From an uncultured Porphyrobacter sp. (lineage in GTDB: Bacteria > Pseudomonadota > Alphaproteobacteria > Sphingomonadales > Sphingomonadaceae): DNA of 64,000 nucleotides. The translations under genes and the position numbers were made by a program. This document shows, piece after piece, positions 48,121 through 59,697 of this stretch; the stretch's first letter is position 1, and each line of letters starts with the position of its first letter. Below the pieces are notes generated by a model, which was not told the origin of the DNA, did not search any database, and saw only the letters and a program-made list of their open reading frames with translations. The stretch is taken from positions 6,925 to 70,924 of the forward strand of contig CAZJZO010000001.1 in the NCBI GenBank assembly GCA_964550495.1, read 5' to 3'.

Positions 48121-49431
48121 ATGAAGCGGCTGTTCCAGAATATCGGTTGGCTCCTCGGCGGACGGGGCTTCAACGCCGTGATGAGTCTGCTGTACCTGTA
48201 TCTGGCGACGCACACGCTTGGGATCGAGAATTTCGGCTACTTCGCAATCATCGTCGCGCTCGGCCAGACGGTTACCGGTCTCGCCAATTTCCAGACCTGG
48301 CAGTTCATTATCCGCTGGGGCGCCAACGGCGACGGTCCCGCCGAAGCGACCGGGTTCGCAATCGCGCTAGACCTGCTTTCGGTAATCATGGGCGCCGCAA
48401 TCGCCGCTCTGGTCGTGTGGACCGCGCAATTGTGGTTGCCACTACCCGACGAATTGCTGTGGCTGACCTTCGGATACTGCATCGTTTCGCTGCTTTCGAT
48501 CCGCACCACGCCGACCGGACTGTTGCGCCTGCGATTCAAGTTTGCAACCGCAACCGGGGCCGAGGCGGTGCAGCCGGCAATCCGCGCTGCAGGCGCCCTG
48601 CTCGCCGCTTTGTTCCTGCCGACTGTGGCCGGATTCGTCATTGCCTGGGCGGCGGCCGAAGTCGCTGTCGCCATTGCCCTGTGGTACGCGGCGGCTCGCG
48701 ACGAGCGGATCGACCTGTCGCGCATCAGCCTGACCAATATCCCGGCCAAGCACCCCGATGCATGGCGGTTCGTGTGGTCGACCAACATGTCCGGCAGCCT
48801 CACGATTGCTGGCAAGCAGGTGATCATCCTGCTGGTCGGGACTTTCGGAGGCGCGGCGCTGGCCGGCGGATTCCGGGTCGCAGCGCAACTGGGACAGGCG
48901 CTGGTAACGCTGGCCCAGACGATCTCCAAAGCAATCCTTCCAGAACTGGTCCATGACGAGAAGAACGCGCTCGAAATGACCCGGAGGATGGCCAATATCG
49001 CCGTGGTTGCAGGCGTGCTGGCGGTGGTCATGGCTCTGGTGTTCGGTCGCTGGGGCCTTGCCACTATCGCCGAAGACGACTTCTCCGGGTTCTACTGGGC
49101 GATGGTCATCCTCTCGATTGCCGGGGCCGTCGAGCTTGTGGGCGCAAGCCTGGAATCGCTGCTGGTTTCCGCAGGCCGGGCGCATACGGCCTTCATCGTC
49201 CGTGCGGTGCCAACCGTCCTTGCGCTCGTTTTCCTCAGCGCAGCGATCGACTGGAACGGCGCGAAAGGTGCCGCCTTCGCGGTGCTTGGGTCAAGCTCGC
49301 TGGCCGTGATCGGCTTTTACGTGGCGATCCTCAATATGCGCGAAATCAAGATCGTCGTGCAGCCTGAAGCGGAAGCGGAGCCAGTTCAATCGGGCGAAGC
49401 GCAACCCAGGGTCGCTCCATCCGCCGAATGA
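48121..49431 (+). CDS. Polysaccharide biosynthesis / MOP-type flippase
   Basis: 12-14 TM segments; LGIENFGYF and AGGFRVA patterns. Confidence 0.8.
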   Translation: MKRLFQNIGWLLGGRGFNAVMSLLYLYLATHTLGIENFGYFAIIVALGQTVTGLANFQTWQFIIRWGANGDGPAEATGFAIALDLLSVIMGAAIAALVVWTAQLWLPLPDELLWLTFGYCIVSLLSIRTTPTGLLRLRFKFATATGAEAVQPAIRAAGALLAALFLPTVAGFVIAWAAAEVAVAIALWYAAARDERIDLSRISLTNIPAKHPDAWRFVWSTNMSGSLTIAGKQVIILLVGTFGGAALAGGFRVAAQLGQALVTLAQTISKAILPELVHDEKNALEMTRRMANIAVVAGVLAVVMALVFGRWGLATIAEDDFSGFYWAMVILSIAGAVELVGASLESLLVSAGRAHTAFIVRAVPTVLALVFLSAAIDWNGAKGAAFAVLGSSSLAVIGFYVAILNMREIKIVVQPEAEAEPVQSGEAQPRVAPSAE

Positions 49432-49437
49432 CCGGAT

Positions 49438-51006
49438 CTATTCCGTGGGTTCGCTCCAGGTCAGCTTGGGCTTGCGCGCCGCCGCCGTTTCATCAAGCCG
49501 CCGCCGGGGCGCATAATACGGCGCCTGCTTCAAAGTCTCATCGCCTGCCAGCGCACGCTCGGTCACATGGCGAAATGCGGTGATGAACTGGTCGATCGAA
49601 GCCTTGCTTTCGGTTTCGGTCGGTTCGACCAGCATCGCACCGTGGACCACCAGCGGGAAATACACCGTCATCGGGTGATAGCCTTCATCGATCAGGCCCT
49701 TGGCAAGGTCTAACGTCGAGAGCCCACCACCGAAATCCTTATCGCCAAACAGTGCCTCGTGCATGCACGGACCGCTATCGGCGAAAGGTGCGTGGAGGAT
49801 GTCTTCGAGGCTGCGGAGGATGTAGTTCGCGTTGAGGACCGCATCTTCGGCGACCTGTTTCAGGCCATCGGCGCCGTGACTGAGCATGTAGGTCAGCGCG
49901 CGGGAGAACATCCCCATCTGGCCATGAAACGCCGTCATCCGGCCGAACGTCTGACCGCGCGTCTCCTCGCGCGATTCCTCTTCGACCAGCGAGAACTCGC
50001 CGTCCTCGTCCCTGCGCACGAAGGGCAGCGGCGCGAACGGCATCAGCGCTTCGGAGAACACCACCGGGCCTGAACCCGGGCCACCGCCGCCATGAGGGGT
50101 GGAGAAGGTCTTGTGCAGGTTGATATGCATCGCATCGACGCCAAGGTCTCCGGGGCGCACGCGGCCGACGATGGCGTTGAAGTTGGCGCCATCGCAATAG
50201 ACGTAACCGCCCGCCGCATGGACTGCATCTGCGATCTCGCGAAAGTCCTTCTCGAACAGGCCGCACGTGTTGGGGTTGGTGATCATCACCGCAGCGACAT
50301 CGGGTCCGAGCCTTGCCTTGAGCGCTTCGACATCGACGCGGCCTTCGGGCGTGGCGGGGATATCCTCGACCTTGTACCCGGCAAAAGCGGCGGTTGCGGG
50401 GTTGGTCCCATGTGCACTTTCCGGCACCAACACGACTTCACGCGCGTCGCCGCGAGCCGTGTGGGCCGCACGGATTGCCAGGATGCCACACAATTCGCCA
50501 TGTGCGCCCGCCTTGGGGCTCATCGCCACGCCAGGCATGCCCGTCAATGTCTTGAGCCAGTTGGCTAGCTGGTGAATGACTTCGAGCGCGCCCTGCACGC
50601 TTTGCTGCGGGGCGAGCGGGTGGATATCGGCAAAACCCGGAAGCCGCGCCATCTTCTCGTTGAGGCGCGGATTGTGCTTCATCGTGCAGCTACCGAGCGG
50701 GAAGAAGCCGAGATCGATGCCATAATTCTGGCGGCTGAGACGTGTGTAGTGCCGCACGGTCTCGGGCTCGGTCAGGCCAACCAGCCCCATCGGTTCGGAC
50801 CGTTCGAGACCGGCGAGGCGCGTCGGTGCACTTTCATCGAGTTCGGGCAGATCGACACCGGTCGTCTCCGCGTGACCGATTTCGAACAGCAAAGGCTCTT
50901 CGAGCATAAGCGCGTGATTGCCGGTGGTGGTCGCCGGGCCGGTGTGGATTCCGTCTTCGGAGACTTCCATAGTGGGTTTCCAGCCGGATTTGTTGGGCGC
51001 GTTCAT
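49438..51006 (-). CDS. gcvPB: Glycine dehydrogenase subunit 2
   Basis: [18 protein letters not shown] and PLP-lysine motif [18 protein letters not shown]. Confidence 0.96.
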   Translation of the reverse strand: MNAPNKSGWKPTMEVSEDGIHTGPATTTGNHALMLEEPLLFEIGHAETTGVDLPELDESAPTRLAGLERSEPMGLVGLTEPETVRHYTRLSRQNYGIDLGFFPLGSCTMKHNPRLNEKMARLPGFADIHPLAPQQSVQGALEVIHQLANWLKTLTGMPGVAMSPKAGAHGELCGILAIRAAHTARGDAREVVLVPESAHGTNPATAAFAGYKVEDIPATPEGRVDVEALKARLGPDVAAVMITNPNTCGLFEKDFREIADAVHAAGGYVYCDGANFNAIVGRVRPGDLGVDAMHINLHKTFSTPHGGGGPGSGPVVFSEALMPFAPLPFVRRDEDGEFSLVEEESREETRGQTFGRMTAFHGQMGMFSRALTYMLSHGADGLKQVAEDAVLNANYILRSLEDILHAPFADSGPCMHEALFGDKDFGGGLSTLDLAKGLIDEGYHPMTVYFPLVVHGAMLVEPTETESKASIDQFITAFRHVTERALAGDETLKQAPYYAPRRRLDETAAARKPKLTWSEPTE

Positions 51007-52367
51007 GCCAGCACTCCTTCCAACTCGGTCGCGAGCGTTTCGATATCTTCCTCGGTCGTGAGCTCGGTGACGGTGACGAGCAGGGCATGCTCCAGCGCTT
51101 CAACACCCGGATAGAGCCTTCCGAGCGACACTCCCCCCAGCACGCCGCGATCGGCAAGGTCGCGCACGATATCGCGCGCCGGTTTGCCGTCGAGCATCAG
51201 CGTGAATTCGTTAAAGAAGGCGTTGTTGAGCAGTCTCACGCCCGGCACCTTCTCGAGCCGGTCGGCGGCAAGGCAGGCGAGCCGATGGTTCTCCGCTGCC
51301 AGTTCGCGCAGCCCTTTCTCGCCGAGCAGAGTCATGTGGACGCTGAACGCTAACGCACACAGCCCGCTATTGGTGCAGATGTTCGAAGTCGCCTTCTCGC
51401 GGCGGATATGCTGCTCGCGGGTCGAAAGCGTCAGCACGAAACCGCGCCGTCCTTCGGCATCCACGGTTTCGCCGCACAGCCGACCCGGCATCTGGCGCAC
51501 GTGTTTGGGGTCGCGCACCGCAAACAGGCCGAGATACGGCCCGCCGAATTGCAGGCCGACGCCGATTGCCTGACCTTCGCCCACGACTATGTCCGCACCG
51601 AGCTCACCCGGCGACTTGATCGCGCCCAGCGCCACCGGTTCGGTGTTGACCGCCACCAGCAACGCGCCCTTGGCATGCGCGGCCTCGGCAACCTTGGACA
51701 GGTCGCTGACGCGGCCGAGAATGTCGGGATACTGCACCACCACGCAAGCGGTATCGTCGTCGATCCGGCTGATCAGGCCTTCTAGGTCCGGCTCGGTCTG
51801 GATCGCTGGCTGCGCGTCGGCGATCGTATCGCCTGTGAACTGCGCCATCGTCTTCACGACCTGCGAATAATGCGGATGGAGCGCCCCCGACAGCACCGCG
51901 CGTTTGCGCTTGGTTACCCGTCCCGCCATCGCGACAGCCTCCCAGCACGCGGTCGAGCCGTCATAAAGCGAGGCATTTGCCACCGCACAGCCATAGAGCC
52001 GCGCGACCTGCGTCTGGAACTCGAATAGCATCTGCAACGTGCCCTGCGCGATCTCGGGCTGGTAGGGCGTGTAGGCGGTCAGGAACTCGCCGCGCTGGAT
52101 CACCGTGTCGACGCTCGCCGGAATGTGGTGGCGGTAGGCTCCTGCGCCGAGGAAGAACGGTGCATCGCCTGCTGCAAGGTTCTTGCTGGCAAGGCCTTTC
52201 ATATGGCGTTCGACCGCCATCTCGCTGGCGTGCATCGGCAGGTCGCGGATTGGCCCGTCGAGCCGCGCAACTTCGGGCACATCGACGAACAGATCGTCAA
52301 TCGAGGACGCGCCGATGCGCTCCAGCATGTCGGCGCGGTCGGTGTCGGTGAGAGGGAGGTAACGCAT
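51003..52367 (-). CDS. gcvPA: Glycine dehydrogenase subunit 1
   Basis: [20 protein letters not shown] and [16 protein letters not shown] motifs. Confidence 0.96.
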   Translation of the reverse strand: MRYLPLTDTDRADMLERIGASSIDDLFVDVPEVARLDGPIRDLPMHASEMAVERHMKGLASKNLAAGDAPFFLGAGAYRHHIPASVDTVIQRGEFLTAYTPYQPEIAQGTLQMLFEFQTQVARLYGCAVANASLYDGSTACWEAVAMAGRVTKRKRAVLSGALHPHYSQVVKTMAQFTGDTIADAQPAIQTEPDLEGLISRIDDDTACVVVQYPDILGRVSDLSKVAEAAHAKGALLVAVNTEPVALGAIKSPGELGADIVVGEGQAIGVGLQFGGPYLGLFAVRDPKHVRQMPGRLCGETVDAEGRRGFVLTLSTREQHIRREKATSNICTNSGLCALAFSVHMTLLGEKGLRELAAENHRLACLAADRLEKVPGVRLLNNAFFNEFTLMLDGKPARDIVRDLADRGVLGGVSLGRLYPGVEALEHALLVTVTELTTEEDIETLATELEGVLA

Positions 52368-52422
52368 AGTCAATTGGCCTTGGTAAGAAGCGGTTTGGCC
52401 GCCGAGTTACGCAACACGAGCG

Positions 52423-52794
52423 TCAAAGGTTGTCGACGAACGCCTTGTAGGCCTTGTCGTCCATCAGCCCTTCAAGCTCGGCGCTGTCGCCGATGGTCAT
52501 GCGGAAGAACCAACCTTCTTCCTCAGGCGAGGAGTTGACCAGCGCGGGTTCGTCTTCGAGCGCGGAATTGCCTTCGGTCACTTCGCCGCTGATCGGCGCG
52601 TAGACGTCGCTCGCCGCCTTGACGCTTTCGACCACCGCCGCATCGCCGCCCTTGTCGAGCATCGTGCCGACATCGGGCAGTTCGACGAAGACGATATCGC
52701 CCAATTGCTCTTGCGCGTAATCGGTAATGCCGACCGTGGCGCTATCGCCTTCGACATCGATCCATTCGTGTTCATCGGTGAAGTATCGCGGCAT
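52423..52794 (-). CDS. gcvH: Glycine cleavage system H protein
   Basis: [19 protein letters not shown]; lipoyl lysine in VESVKAASD. Confidence 0.96.
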   Translation of the reverse strand: MPRYFTDEHEWIDVEGDSATVGITDYAQEQLGDIVFVELPDVGTMLDKGGDAAVVESVKAASDVYAPISGEVTEGNSALEDEPALVNSSPEEEGWFFRMTIGDSAELEGLMDDKAYKAFVDNL

Positions 52795-52797
52795 TGA

Positions 52798-53934
52798 TCA
52801 TTTTCCCCTGTAGTAGCGATGCGGGACAAACGGCATGGGTGTAACGGTTGCGGGAAGGCGCTTTCCGCGCACTTCGCATTCGAGCGCGGTGCCCAAATTC
52901 GCGTGGGCGCTATCGATGTAGGCCATCGCGATCGGCTTCCCCAGCGTAGGCGAGAAGCCGCCGCTGGTGACGGTTCCGATCTTGGTGTCGCCGGAATAGA
53001 CCTCCGCGCCTTCGCGCGCGGGCATACGGCCTTCGAGCGTCAGGCCAACACGCTTGGTGGCGAGCGTCCCGGCCTCGACGTCTGCGAGCCTGGAGACGAC
53101 CGCCTTGTGTCCGTGATACCCGCCTTCGGCCCGGCGCTTCTTGGATAACGCGAAGGTCAGATCGGCGCTGACGGGATCGGTGTTGATCGTGAGGTCGTGG
53201 CCGTAGAGCGGAAGGCCAGCCTCGAGCCGCAAGCTGTCGCGCGCTCCCAGTCCCGCCGGCTTAACCCTGTCATCAGTGAGCAGTGCGTCGGCAAGCGCTT
53301 CGACCTTGCTTTCGTGGACAGCAATTTCGAAGCCGTCCTCGCCAGTGTAACCCGCACGGCTGACCCAGATGTGGCCGCCGCCATGTTCGAACAATCCGGC
53401 GGTCATGAAGGTGAGCTCACCCGTGCCTGGGATCAGCGCCTCCAGCACCTCGCCCGCTTTCGGGCCCTGTAGCGCCAGTAACGCGAAATCGTCGAAATGG
53501 GTCAGCGTGATCGCGTCGGGCAGGTGCTCGCGCAGATGGGCGATATCGTCCCACTTGCATGCGCCATTGACCACCAGCGCGAGATGCGGGCCGGTGTTGG
53601 TGACCATCAGATCGTCGATGATCCCGCCCGCTTCGGTCAACAGCAGCGAATAACGCATCTTGCCCGGCTTGAGATTCGCGATCGCGCCCGGAAGCAGCTT
53701 CTCCAGTTCGTGCGCCGCATCCTCACCTTTCAGCGCAAGTTGCCCCATATGCGACACGTCGAACAGGCTGGCGCTTTCGCGAGTCCAGTTGTGCTCGGCC
53801 ACAATCCCTTCATACTGGATCGGCATTTCATAGCCTGCGAACGGGACCATGCGTGCACCACGATTTCGATGCCACGCATCGAGCGGCAGCTTGCCCAGCG
53901 GTTCCGCTTCTTCTGGAATTTCGTTGTCGCTCAA
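52798..53934 (-). CDS. gcvT: Glycine cleavage aminomethyltransferase T
   Basis: FDVSHMGQ, GYTGEDGFEI and GLGARDSLRLEAG motifs; TTG start after GGGGA. Confidence 0.95.
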   Translation of the reverse strand: MSDNEIPEEAEPLGKLPLDAWHRNRGARMVPFAGYEMPIQYEGIVAEHNWTRESASLFDVSHMGQLALKGEDAAHELEKLLPGAIANLKPGKMRYSLLLTEAGGIIDDLMVTNTGPHLALVVNGACKWDDIAHLREHLPDAITLTHFDDFALLALQGPKAGEVLEALIPGTGELTFMTAGLFEHGGGHIWVSRAGYTGEDGFEIAVHESKVEALADALLTDDRVKPAGLGARDSLRLEAGLPLYGHDLTINTDPVSADLTFALSKKRRAEGGYHGHKAVVSRLADVEAGTLATKRVGLTLEGRMPAREGAEVYSGDTKIGTVTSGGFSPTLGKPIAMAYIDSAHANLGTALECEVRGKRLPATVTPMPFVPHRYYRGK

Positions 53935-53984
53935 AATCAGTCCCCGAACAGGTGCGCAACGCTCCGAAGTAGAGCATCGTTCCT

Positions 53985-54176
53985 GCCCCCTCTGTCGGGA
54001 AACCTGAGAGCTTCAGCGAGCCGGCGCCCGCCTCCCCTTCGGTGGTGGGAGCGCAACCGCGCCCGCACGCTTTCCAGAGTGCCTGTGCCCTTGCGCGGTC
54101 CGTTTGCCTGAGAGTTTCCGGGGCGGTTGCTCCTTCGGCGCCGGCCTGAGCGATCAGGCCAGTCTCTCCCGCGAAA
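53985..54176 (-). ncRNA. Tandem glycine riboswitch
   Basis: Minus strand reads GGAGAG..CGCCGAAGGAGCAA..GAAACTCTCAGG (aptamer 1), then CTCTGGAAAG..CACCGAAGG..GCTCTCAGG..GACAGAGG (aptamer 2), directly upstream of gcvT. Confidence 0.93.
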
Positions 54177-54280
54177 GACGCCGGAATCGCTTCCGGCAGG
54201 CATTGCTCATGTTGCGCATGCGAAGGGATGCGTCAATCGCTTGCACGACAAATGCGGGCGATAACGAAATTTTCCTGCGT

Positions 54281-55480
54281 TCAGTCGCTGGTTTGCTCCG
54301 CCAGGATCGACCTTGCTCTCGCCATCAACGTGATCTCGCGCGAATCGAACCCGCCCTCGTCCTCGGCCGACTGGCGCGGCGGGACAGCGGTGGTGAAATA
54401 AGCGATGCCGGTCTTGTCCTTGGTGCTGACCCACAATCCAGCACGCAGGCCATAGGCCTCGCCCGCATGGCCGAGGCGAAACTGCCCATCGGCGAACAGG
54501 CGATCCTCGCAGGATTTTTTCATCTCCTCGATCGCCTGGACATGCAGTCCGTAGCGACAAAAGAACGCCTGTCCCTCGGTTTCTCCGAATGCCACGGACA
54601 ATCCCAATATCCGCCCCGATTGCTCGGAGAGAATTGCATTCTCGCCCGGAAACAAGAGTTGCCCGATCTTCGCCAGATCCATCATTCCGATCCGCACCCC
54701 GCCTTGGGGTGAAAAGATCGAGGCGTTGGTGCCCGGCACATAATTCCCTATCGAACATTCCGCGCCTTCGGCCACGGGAATGGCGCAGTTGGGCGGGAGA
54801 TCATTGGGGTCGTCGCGCGCGATCTCGCCGGTATCGCGGTAGAGCGTTACTGCTCGCGCGACTTGCTCTTCGCTGCAACCGATCCAATTGACGCAGGCCT
54901 CGACCTGAAGCGGCTGAAATACGGTTCGCTCCAGCAATCGATCATACCGTTCGCCGGTCGCAGCCTCCAGCACGGTTGCCACCACAGGCGAGCCGAGATT
55001 GGCGTATTCGAACGGCGCTTCGCCCGGCGGGGCATCGGCATACCACGCCTCCGGTTCAGCGAGCTTTGCCTGCAAGCTCTCACCCAGCGGAATCACATAG
55101 CCTGCCTTGTCCCGCAGCCCCGAGCGGTGCGACAGCAACTGCCCAAGGGTCACCTTGGCGTCCGGAAAATTCGGCGAACGCAGCTGCCAACCGAGATAGT
55201 TCGAGACATCGGCATCGAGGGCGACTGTCCCCTCGTCGACCAACCGCATCGTGGCGAGCGCCATGATCAGCTTGGAGATGCTGGCTATACGAACGGGATC
55301 GTTGGCCTCTACCGGCTCTCCCCTCTCGCGATTGCGCACGCCTTCGACGATCAGCGGCGTGATGGTCTCGCGGTCGAACGCGACCACCACCGTGGCTGGC
55401 AATTCAGTATCGTCGTTTTGTGCAGAGACTGCGGAAGGCATGGAGAATGCCAATAGGGCAGCGAGAATGCGAGTAAACAT
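54281..55480 (-). CDS. Exported serine hydrolase, beta-lactamase family
   Basis: SxxK (ASISK), LLSHRSG, YAN and GHAG motifs; signal peptide. Confidence 0.88.
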   Translation of the reverse strand: MFTRILAALLAFSMPSAVSAQNDDTELPATVVVAFDRETITPLIVEGVRNRERGEPVEANDPVRIASISKLIMALATMRLVDEGTVALDADVSNYLGWQLRSPNFPDAKVTLGQLLSHRSGLRDKAGYVIPLGESLQAKLAEPEAWYADAPPGEAPFEYANLGSPVVATVLEAATGERYDRLLERTVFQPLQVEACVNWIGCSEEQVARAVTLYRDTGEIARDDPNDLPPNCAIPVAEGAECSIGNYVPGTNASIFSPQGGVRIGMMDLAKIGQLLFPGENAILSEQSGRILGLSVAFGETEGQAFFCRYGLHVQAIEEMKKSCEDRLFADGQFRLGHAGEAYGLRAGLWVSTKDKTGIAYFTTAVPPRQSAEDEGGFDSREITLMARARSILAEQTSD

Positions 55481-55540
55481 GCCTGCTTTCTCGCGTGGGT
55501 TCATCGCAAAATCAATCGCCGACGCCGCGCGATGGACCGT

Positions 55541-56515
55541 TCAAATCCATTCGGATTGAGTCTCCAGCAGCGGCGAATAGTAATTGATGTACTGCACCAG
55601 CCTGGGTTTGTCGGAGCGGTTGGGGCTCGCATCATGCGGCAGATCCTGTCGCCAAATCACCAAATCCCCGGCGGCTCCCGGCACGGTGCGCGCCTGATCC
55701 GAAAGGTCGACTTCGCGTGGATTGGTCGTACCGAGGCCGGCCATCCAGTCTCCGACTTTTCGATGAAATCCCGGCACGCATCGGAACCCTCCCTGATCTT
55801 TGTCGGTATCGGTCAGATACAGCACCGCTTGCGTTGCGAACGGGATTGGCTGGGCCAGGCTGACATCCCAATGCAGCCCGATTCCCCTGAACGGATGGTC
55901 CGGTCGTTCGGGCGGATTGAAGCCCAGCCGATCGACAGTCACCCACAAGTCGGCGGTGCCCCAAAGCTGCGCGAAAGCCTTGTGAATACGCGGCGATCTT
56001 CGTGCGTAATTCAGCAACTTGTGCTGAAAGACGGGGACCATGATGCTCTCGGTCGCCAGACCATACCAGCTATCCGGGTCATCCGGACTTGCCGAAATGC
56101 TGTCCCATAACAACTCGGCAACCGCAGCACATTCCTGCCCGGAGATCGCATCAGGCAATACGACGAACCCATTCCTGTCCCAGTCGCTCAGCTGATCCGG
56201 AGAAAGCACATCCGGCATGTCGTCGATTCTGGCGAGTTGCGACTTGGCAGCTTCGCTCGTTTCTCCCTGCTTGATCTGGGCATGAAATCGCGACAGCAAG
56301 TCGGTATCGGGCGTGCCCGCGGTCGCTTCGATCCAGGCTTCGAATTCCGACCGGGTCGCCTGGGTTTGGCCGAGAAAGTCGAACACCTGCTGCGCCGCAA
56401 CTCCGATCGTATCGAGCAGCAGCCGCTGGGTCATCTCGGGCAGAGGCGCGCCACCTTCGACCACCGAACGACGAAAATCGTCGAGGAAGGCGACAGGCGG
56501 CATCTGATTGCTCAT
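55541..56515 (-). CDS. Phytanoyl-CoA dioxygenase (PhyH) family Fe(II)/2OG oxygenase
   Basis: HxD (LHWD), GGFRCVPGFH, GDLVIW and distal His (LPHDASPN). Confidence 0.85.
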   Translation of the reverse strand: MSNQMPPVAFLDDFRRSVVEGGAPLPEMTQRLLLDTIGVAAQQVFDFLGQTQATRSEFEAWIEATAGTPDTDLLSRFHAQIKQGETSEAAKSQLARIDDMPDVLSPDQLSDWDRNGFVVLPDAISGQECAAVAELLWDSISASPDDPDSWYGLATESIMVPVFQHKLLNYARRSPRIHKAFAQLWGTADLWVTVDRLGFNPPERPDHPFRGIGLHWDVSLAQPIPFATQAVLYLTDTDKDQGGFRCVPGFHRKVGDWMAGLGTTNPREVDLSDQARTVPGAAGDLVIWRQDLPHDASPNRSDKPRLVQYINYYSPLLETQSEWI

Positions 56516-56518
56516 GGC

Positions 56519-59155
56519 CTAGTCCAGATTAGGCCGCAGCCAGCGTTCCGCTGTTTCAAGATCGACTCCGCGTCGTTCGGCATATTCTTCCAACTGGTCT
56601 CGGCCGATCCGGGCAACGCCGAAATACTGGCTTTCCGGGTGCCCGAAATAGAACCCGCTGACCGCCGCGGTAGGGAACATTGCAAAATTCTCGGTAAGCG
56701 TAAGGCCGACATTCTGCTCGGCTTCGAGCAATTCGAACAGGATCGGTTTCAACGAGTGGTCGGGGCAGGCCGGATAGCCGGGAGCCGGCCGGATCCCGCG
56801 ATATTCTTCCTTGATCAGCGCTTCGTTGGTGAGTTGCTCACCCGGCGCATAGCCCCACAGATCTGTGCGGGTATGCTGGTGCAGACGCTCTGCGAAAGCT
56901 TCGGCGAAGCGGTCTGCCAATGCCTTGAGAAGGATATCCGAGTAATCATCCTTGTCCGCCTGGAAACGCTCGGAATGCGGTTCGATACCGTGGATGCCGA
57001 CTGCGAATCCGCCAATCCAGTCGCCGTCAGGATCGATGAAATCGGCAAGGCACATATTGGCGCGGTCGCGGCTTTTCTTTACCTGCTGGCGCAGGAATGG
57101 CAGGCGGACATGCTCTTCGCGCCGCACGCGATGAATGATCACATCGTCGCGGCATTCGTGGTCGCGCGCGCACGGCCAAAAGCCTGCAACGCCTTTTGCA
57201 GTCAGCCATTTTTCGGCGATCACCCGGTCCAGCATCGCGTTGGCATCGTCGAACAACTGGCTGGCGGTTTCGCCGACCACTTCGTCTTTCAGGATCCCAG
57301 GAAAGGTGCCGTGCAATTCCCACGCGCGGAAGAACGGGGTCCAGTCGATATAGTCTCGAAGATCGGCCAGATCCCAGTCGTCGAACACGTGAAGCCCAGG
57401 CTTCAAGGGCGGCGCAGGTTTGTCGCTGAGATAAGCGTCGTAATAGTTCGCGCGGGCATCGCTCAGACTGAGCAGGACGCTCTTGGTCTTGCCCTCACGC
57501 GCCTCGCGTACCTTCACGTATTCGCCAGCGGTCTCTCCAACGAAGTCGTCGCGTTGGGTGTCGGAAAGCAGCTTGGACGCGACGCCGACCGCCCGGCTCG
57601 CATCCAGTACGTGGATCACCGGCCCTTCATAGGACGGGTCGATCTTGAGCGCGGTGTGAACCTTGGAGGTGGTCGCCCCGCCGATCAGCAGCGGCATATC
57701 CATCCCGGCGCGCTGCATCTCTTCGGCGACAGTCACCATTTCGTCGAGCGAAGGTGTGATCAGGCCGGAAAGCCCGATCATGTCGGCGTTGTTGTCGTTG
57801 GCCGACTTGAGAATGTCCTGCCACGGCACCATCACGCCCATATCGACCACTTCGTAGCCGTTGCACTGGAGTACGACTCCGACGATGTTCTTGCCGATAT
57901 CGTGCACGTCGCCTTTCACGGTGGCCATGATGATCGTGCCCTTGGCCTTGGCGCCTTCTTCCTTCTCGGCTTCGATGAACGGGATTAGGTGCGCCACCGC
58001 CTTCTTCATCACGCGGGCGGATTTCACCACCTGCGGCAGGAACATCTTCCCCGAACCGAACAGGTCGCCGACCACGTTCATACCGTCCATCAACGGGCCT
58101 TCGATCACTTCGATCGGGCGACCTTTGCGAGCAGCGATTGCCGCGCGGGCTTCCTCGGTATCGTCGACAATATGCGCGTCGATGCCCTTCACAAGGGCAT
58201 GTTCGAGCCGCTTTTCAACCTCCCAACCGCGCCATTCGGCGGCCTGCTTGTCGTCCTCCTTGCTCTTGCCCTTGAAGCTTTCGGCCAAGGCGATGAGGCG
58301 TTCGGTCGCGGTCTCCTCGCCTTCGATCGGCCGCATCAGGATCACGTCTTCGCAGGCGGCGCGCAAAGCGGGATCGATCGTGTCGTAGACGTCGAGCTGC
58401 CCGGCATTGACGATCGCCATGTCCAGCCCGGCAGGGATCGCATGGTAGAGAAACACCGAGTGCATCGCGCGGCGCACGGTCTCGTTCCCCCGGAAGCTGA
58501 AGGAAAGATTGGAAAGCCCGCCGCTGGTCTTGGCATGGGGGCACTGTGATTTGATCTCGCGCACCGCCTCGATGAAATCGAGACCGTAACGGTCGTGTTC
58601 CTCGATCCCCGTCGCTACCGCGAAAATGTTTGGGTCGAAGATGATATCTTCGGGTGGGAAGCCGATCCCGGTCAGCAAGTCATAGGCGCGCTTGCAGATT
58701 TCGACCTTTCGTTTTCTGCTGTCGGCCTGCCCGACCTCATCGAAGGCCATCACCACCACGGCTGCGCCGTACGCCATGCATTTGCGCGCTTGCTCGAGGA
58801 ACGGCTCTTCGCCTTCCTTCATGCTGATCGAATTGACGATCGGCTTTCCGCTGACGCACTTCAGCCCCGCCTCGATAACCTCCCATTTGGAACTGTCGAT
58901 CATCACCGGCACGCGCGCGATATCGGGTTCGGCAGCGATCAGTTTGAGGAAGGTCGTCATCGCCTTTTCGGCGTCGAGCAGCCCTTCGTCCATGTTAACG
59001 TCGATCACCTGGGCGCCGTTTTCGACCTGCTGTCGAGCGACTTCCACAGCGGTGCTGTAATCGTCCGCCATGATGAGCTTCTTGAACCGGGCCGATCCGG
59101 TGACATTGGTGCGCTCACCGACATTGATGAAACGCGCGGTGGATTGGTCGGTCAT
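56519..59155 (-). CDS. metH: Cobalamin-dependent methionine synthase, pterin/B12/activation domains
   Basis: [10 protein letters not shown]12-binding [15 protein letters not shown] and [12 protein letters not shown] motifs; lacks the homocysteine-binding domain. Confidence 0.95.
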   Translation of the reverse strand: MTDQSTARFINVGERTNVTGSARFKKLIMADDYSTAVEVARQQVENGAQVIDVNMDEGLLDAEKAMTTFLKLIAAEPDIARVPVMIDSSKWEVIEAGLKCVSGKPIVNSISMKEGEEPFLEQARKCMAYGAAVVVMAFDEVGQADSRKRKVEICKRAYDLLTGIGFPPEDIIFDPNIFAVATGIEEHDRYGLDFIEAVREIKSQCPHAKTSGGLSNLSFSFRGNETVRRAMHSVFLYHAIPAGLDMAIVNAGQLDVYDTIDPALRAACEDVILMRPIEGEETATERLIALAESFKGKSKEDDKQAAEWRGWEVEKRLEHALVKGIDAHIVDDTEEARAAIAARKGRPIEVIEGPLMDGMNVVGDLFGSGKMFLPQVVKSARVMKKAVAHLIPFIEAEKEEGAKAKGTIIMATVKGDVHDIGKNIVGVVLQCNGYEVVDMGVMVPWQDILKSANDNNADMIGLSGLITPSLDEMVTVAEEMQRAGMDMPLLIGGATTSKVHTALKIDPSYEGPVIHVLDASRAVGVASKLLSDTQRDDFVGETAGEYVKVREAREGKTKSVLLSLSDARANYYDAYLSDKPAPPLKPGLHVFDDWDLADLRDYIDWTPFFRAWELHGTFPGILKDEVVGETASQLFDDANAMLDRVIAEKWLTAKGVAGFWPCARDHECRDDVIIHRVRREEHVRLPFLRQQVKKSRDRANMCLADFIDPDGDWIGGFAVGIHGIEPHSERFQADKDDYSDILLKALADRFAEAFAERLHQHTRTDLWGYAPGEQLTNEALIKEEYRGIRPAPGYPACPDHSLKPILFELLEAEQNVGLTLTENFAMFPTAAVSGFYFGHPESQYFGVARIGRDQLEEYAERRGVDLETAERWLRPNLD

Positions 59156-59682
59156 TGAGTCAAATCCGAATTGAGATCGCGCGCAAGCACGAGGTCGTCA
59201 TAGAGCTTCCCGCCGACGTCGAACCGGCGTGTGCCAATCTGGTGGAAACCCTGTTTTGTGTAGAATGCAATGGCGCGGCTGTTGTCGTCCTTCACCCCCA
59301 GCAAAAGTCGCCGGTTCGGTGCAGCGGCTTCGAGTGCGGCATCGAACAGAAGTGCAGCAACACCCTTCCCGTGAAACCGGGACAGGACATAAATCTTCTT
59401 GAGTTCGATATCGCCTTCTTGCGCAGCATCGAGTTCCGGCGCGGTCAGCATGGCGTAGCCGATCGGAGCATCGTCAAGCTCCGCCAGCCAGGCCTTTGCT
59501 CCTGTGCCAAGCAAGTCGGCCAGAAACTCCGGCGAGTGCTTGGAACGGCAATGCGCCACCAAGGCATCGCCTGCAATCTGCCCGGCAAAGGTCTCCAGAA
59601 ATGTCGCGTCGCAGATCAACGACAGGCGCGACACATCGGCCGTATCAGCTCGCCGGATGATGATCTTTCCGCCGTCAATCAT
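59152..59682 (-). CDS. GNAT family N-acetyltransferase
   Basis: [13 protein letters not shown] acetyl-CoA motif; [10 protein letters not shown]. Confidence 0.88.
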   Translation of the reverse strand: MIDGGKIIIRRADTADVSRLSLICDATFLETFAGQIAGDALVAHCRSKHSPEFLADLLGTGAKAWLAELDDAPIGYAMLTAPELDAAQEGDIELKKIYVLSRFHGKGVAALLFDAALEAAAPNRRLLLGVKDDNSRAIAFYTKQGFHQIGTRRFDVGGKLYDDLVLARDLNSDLTQ

Positions 59683-59697
59683 GTGGCGTGCCGCTCC

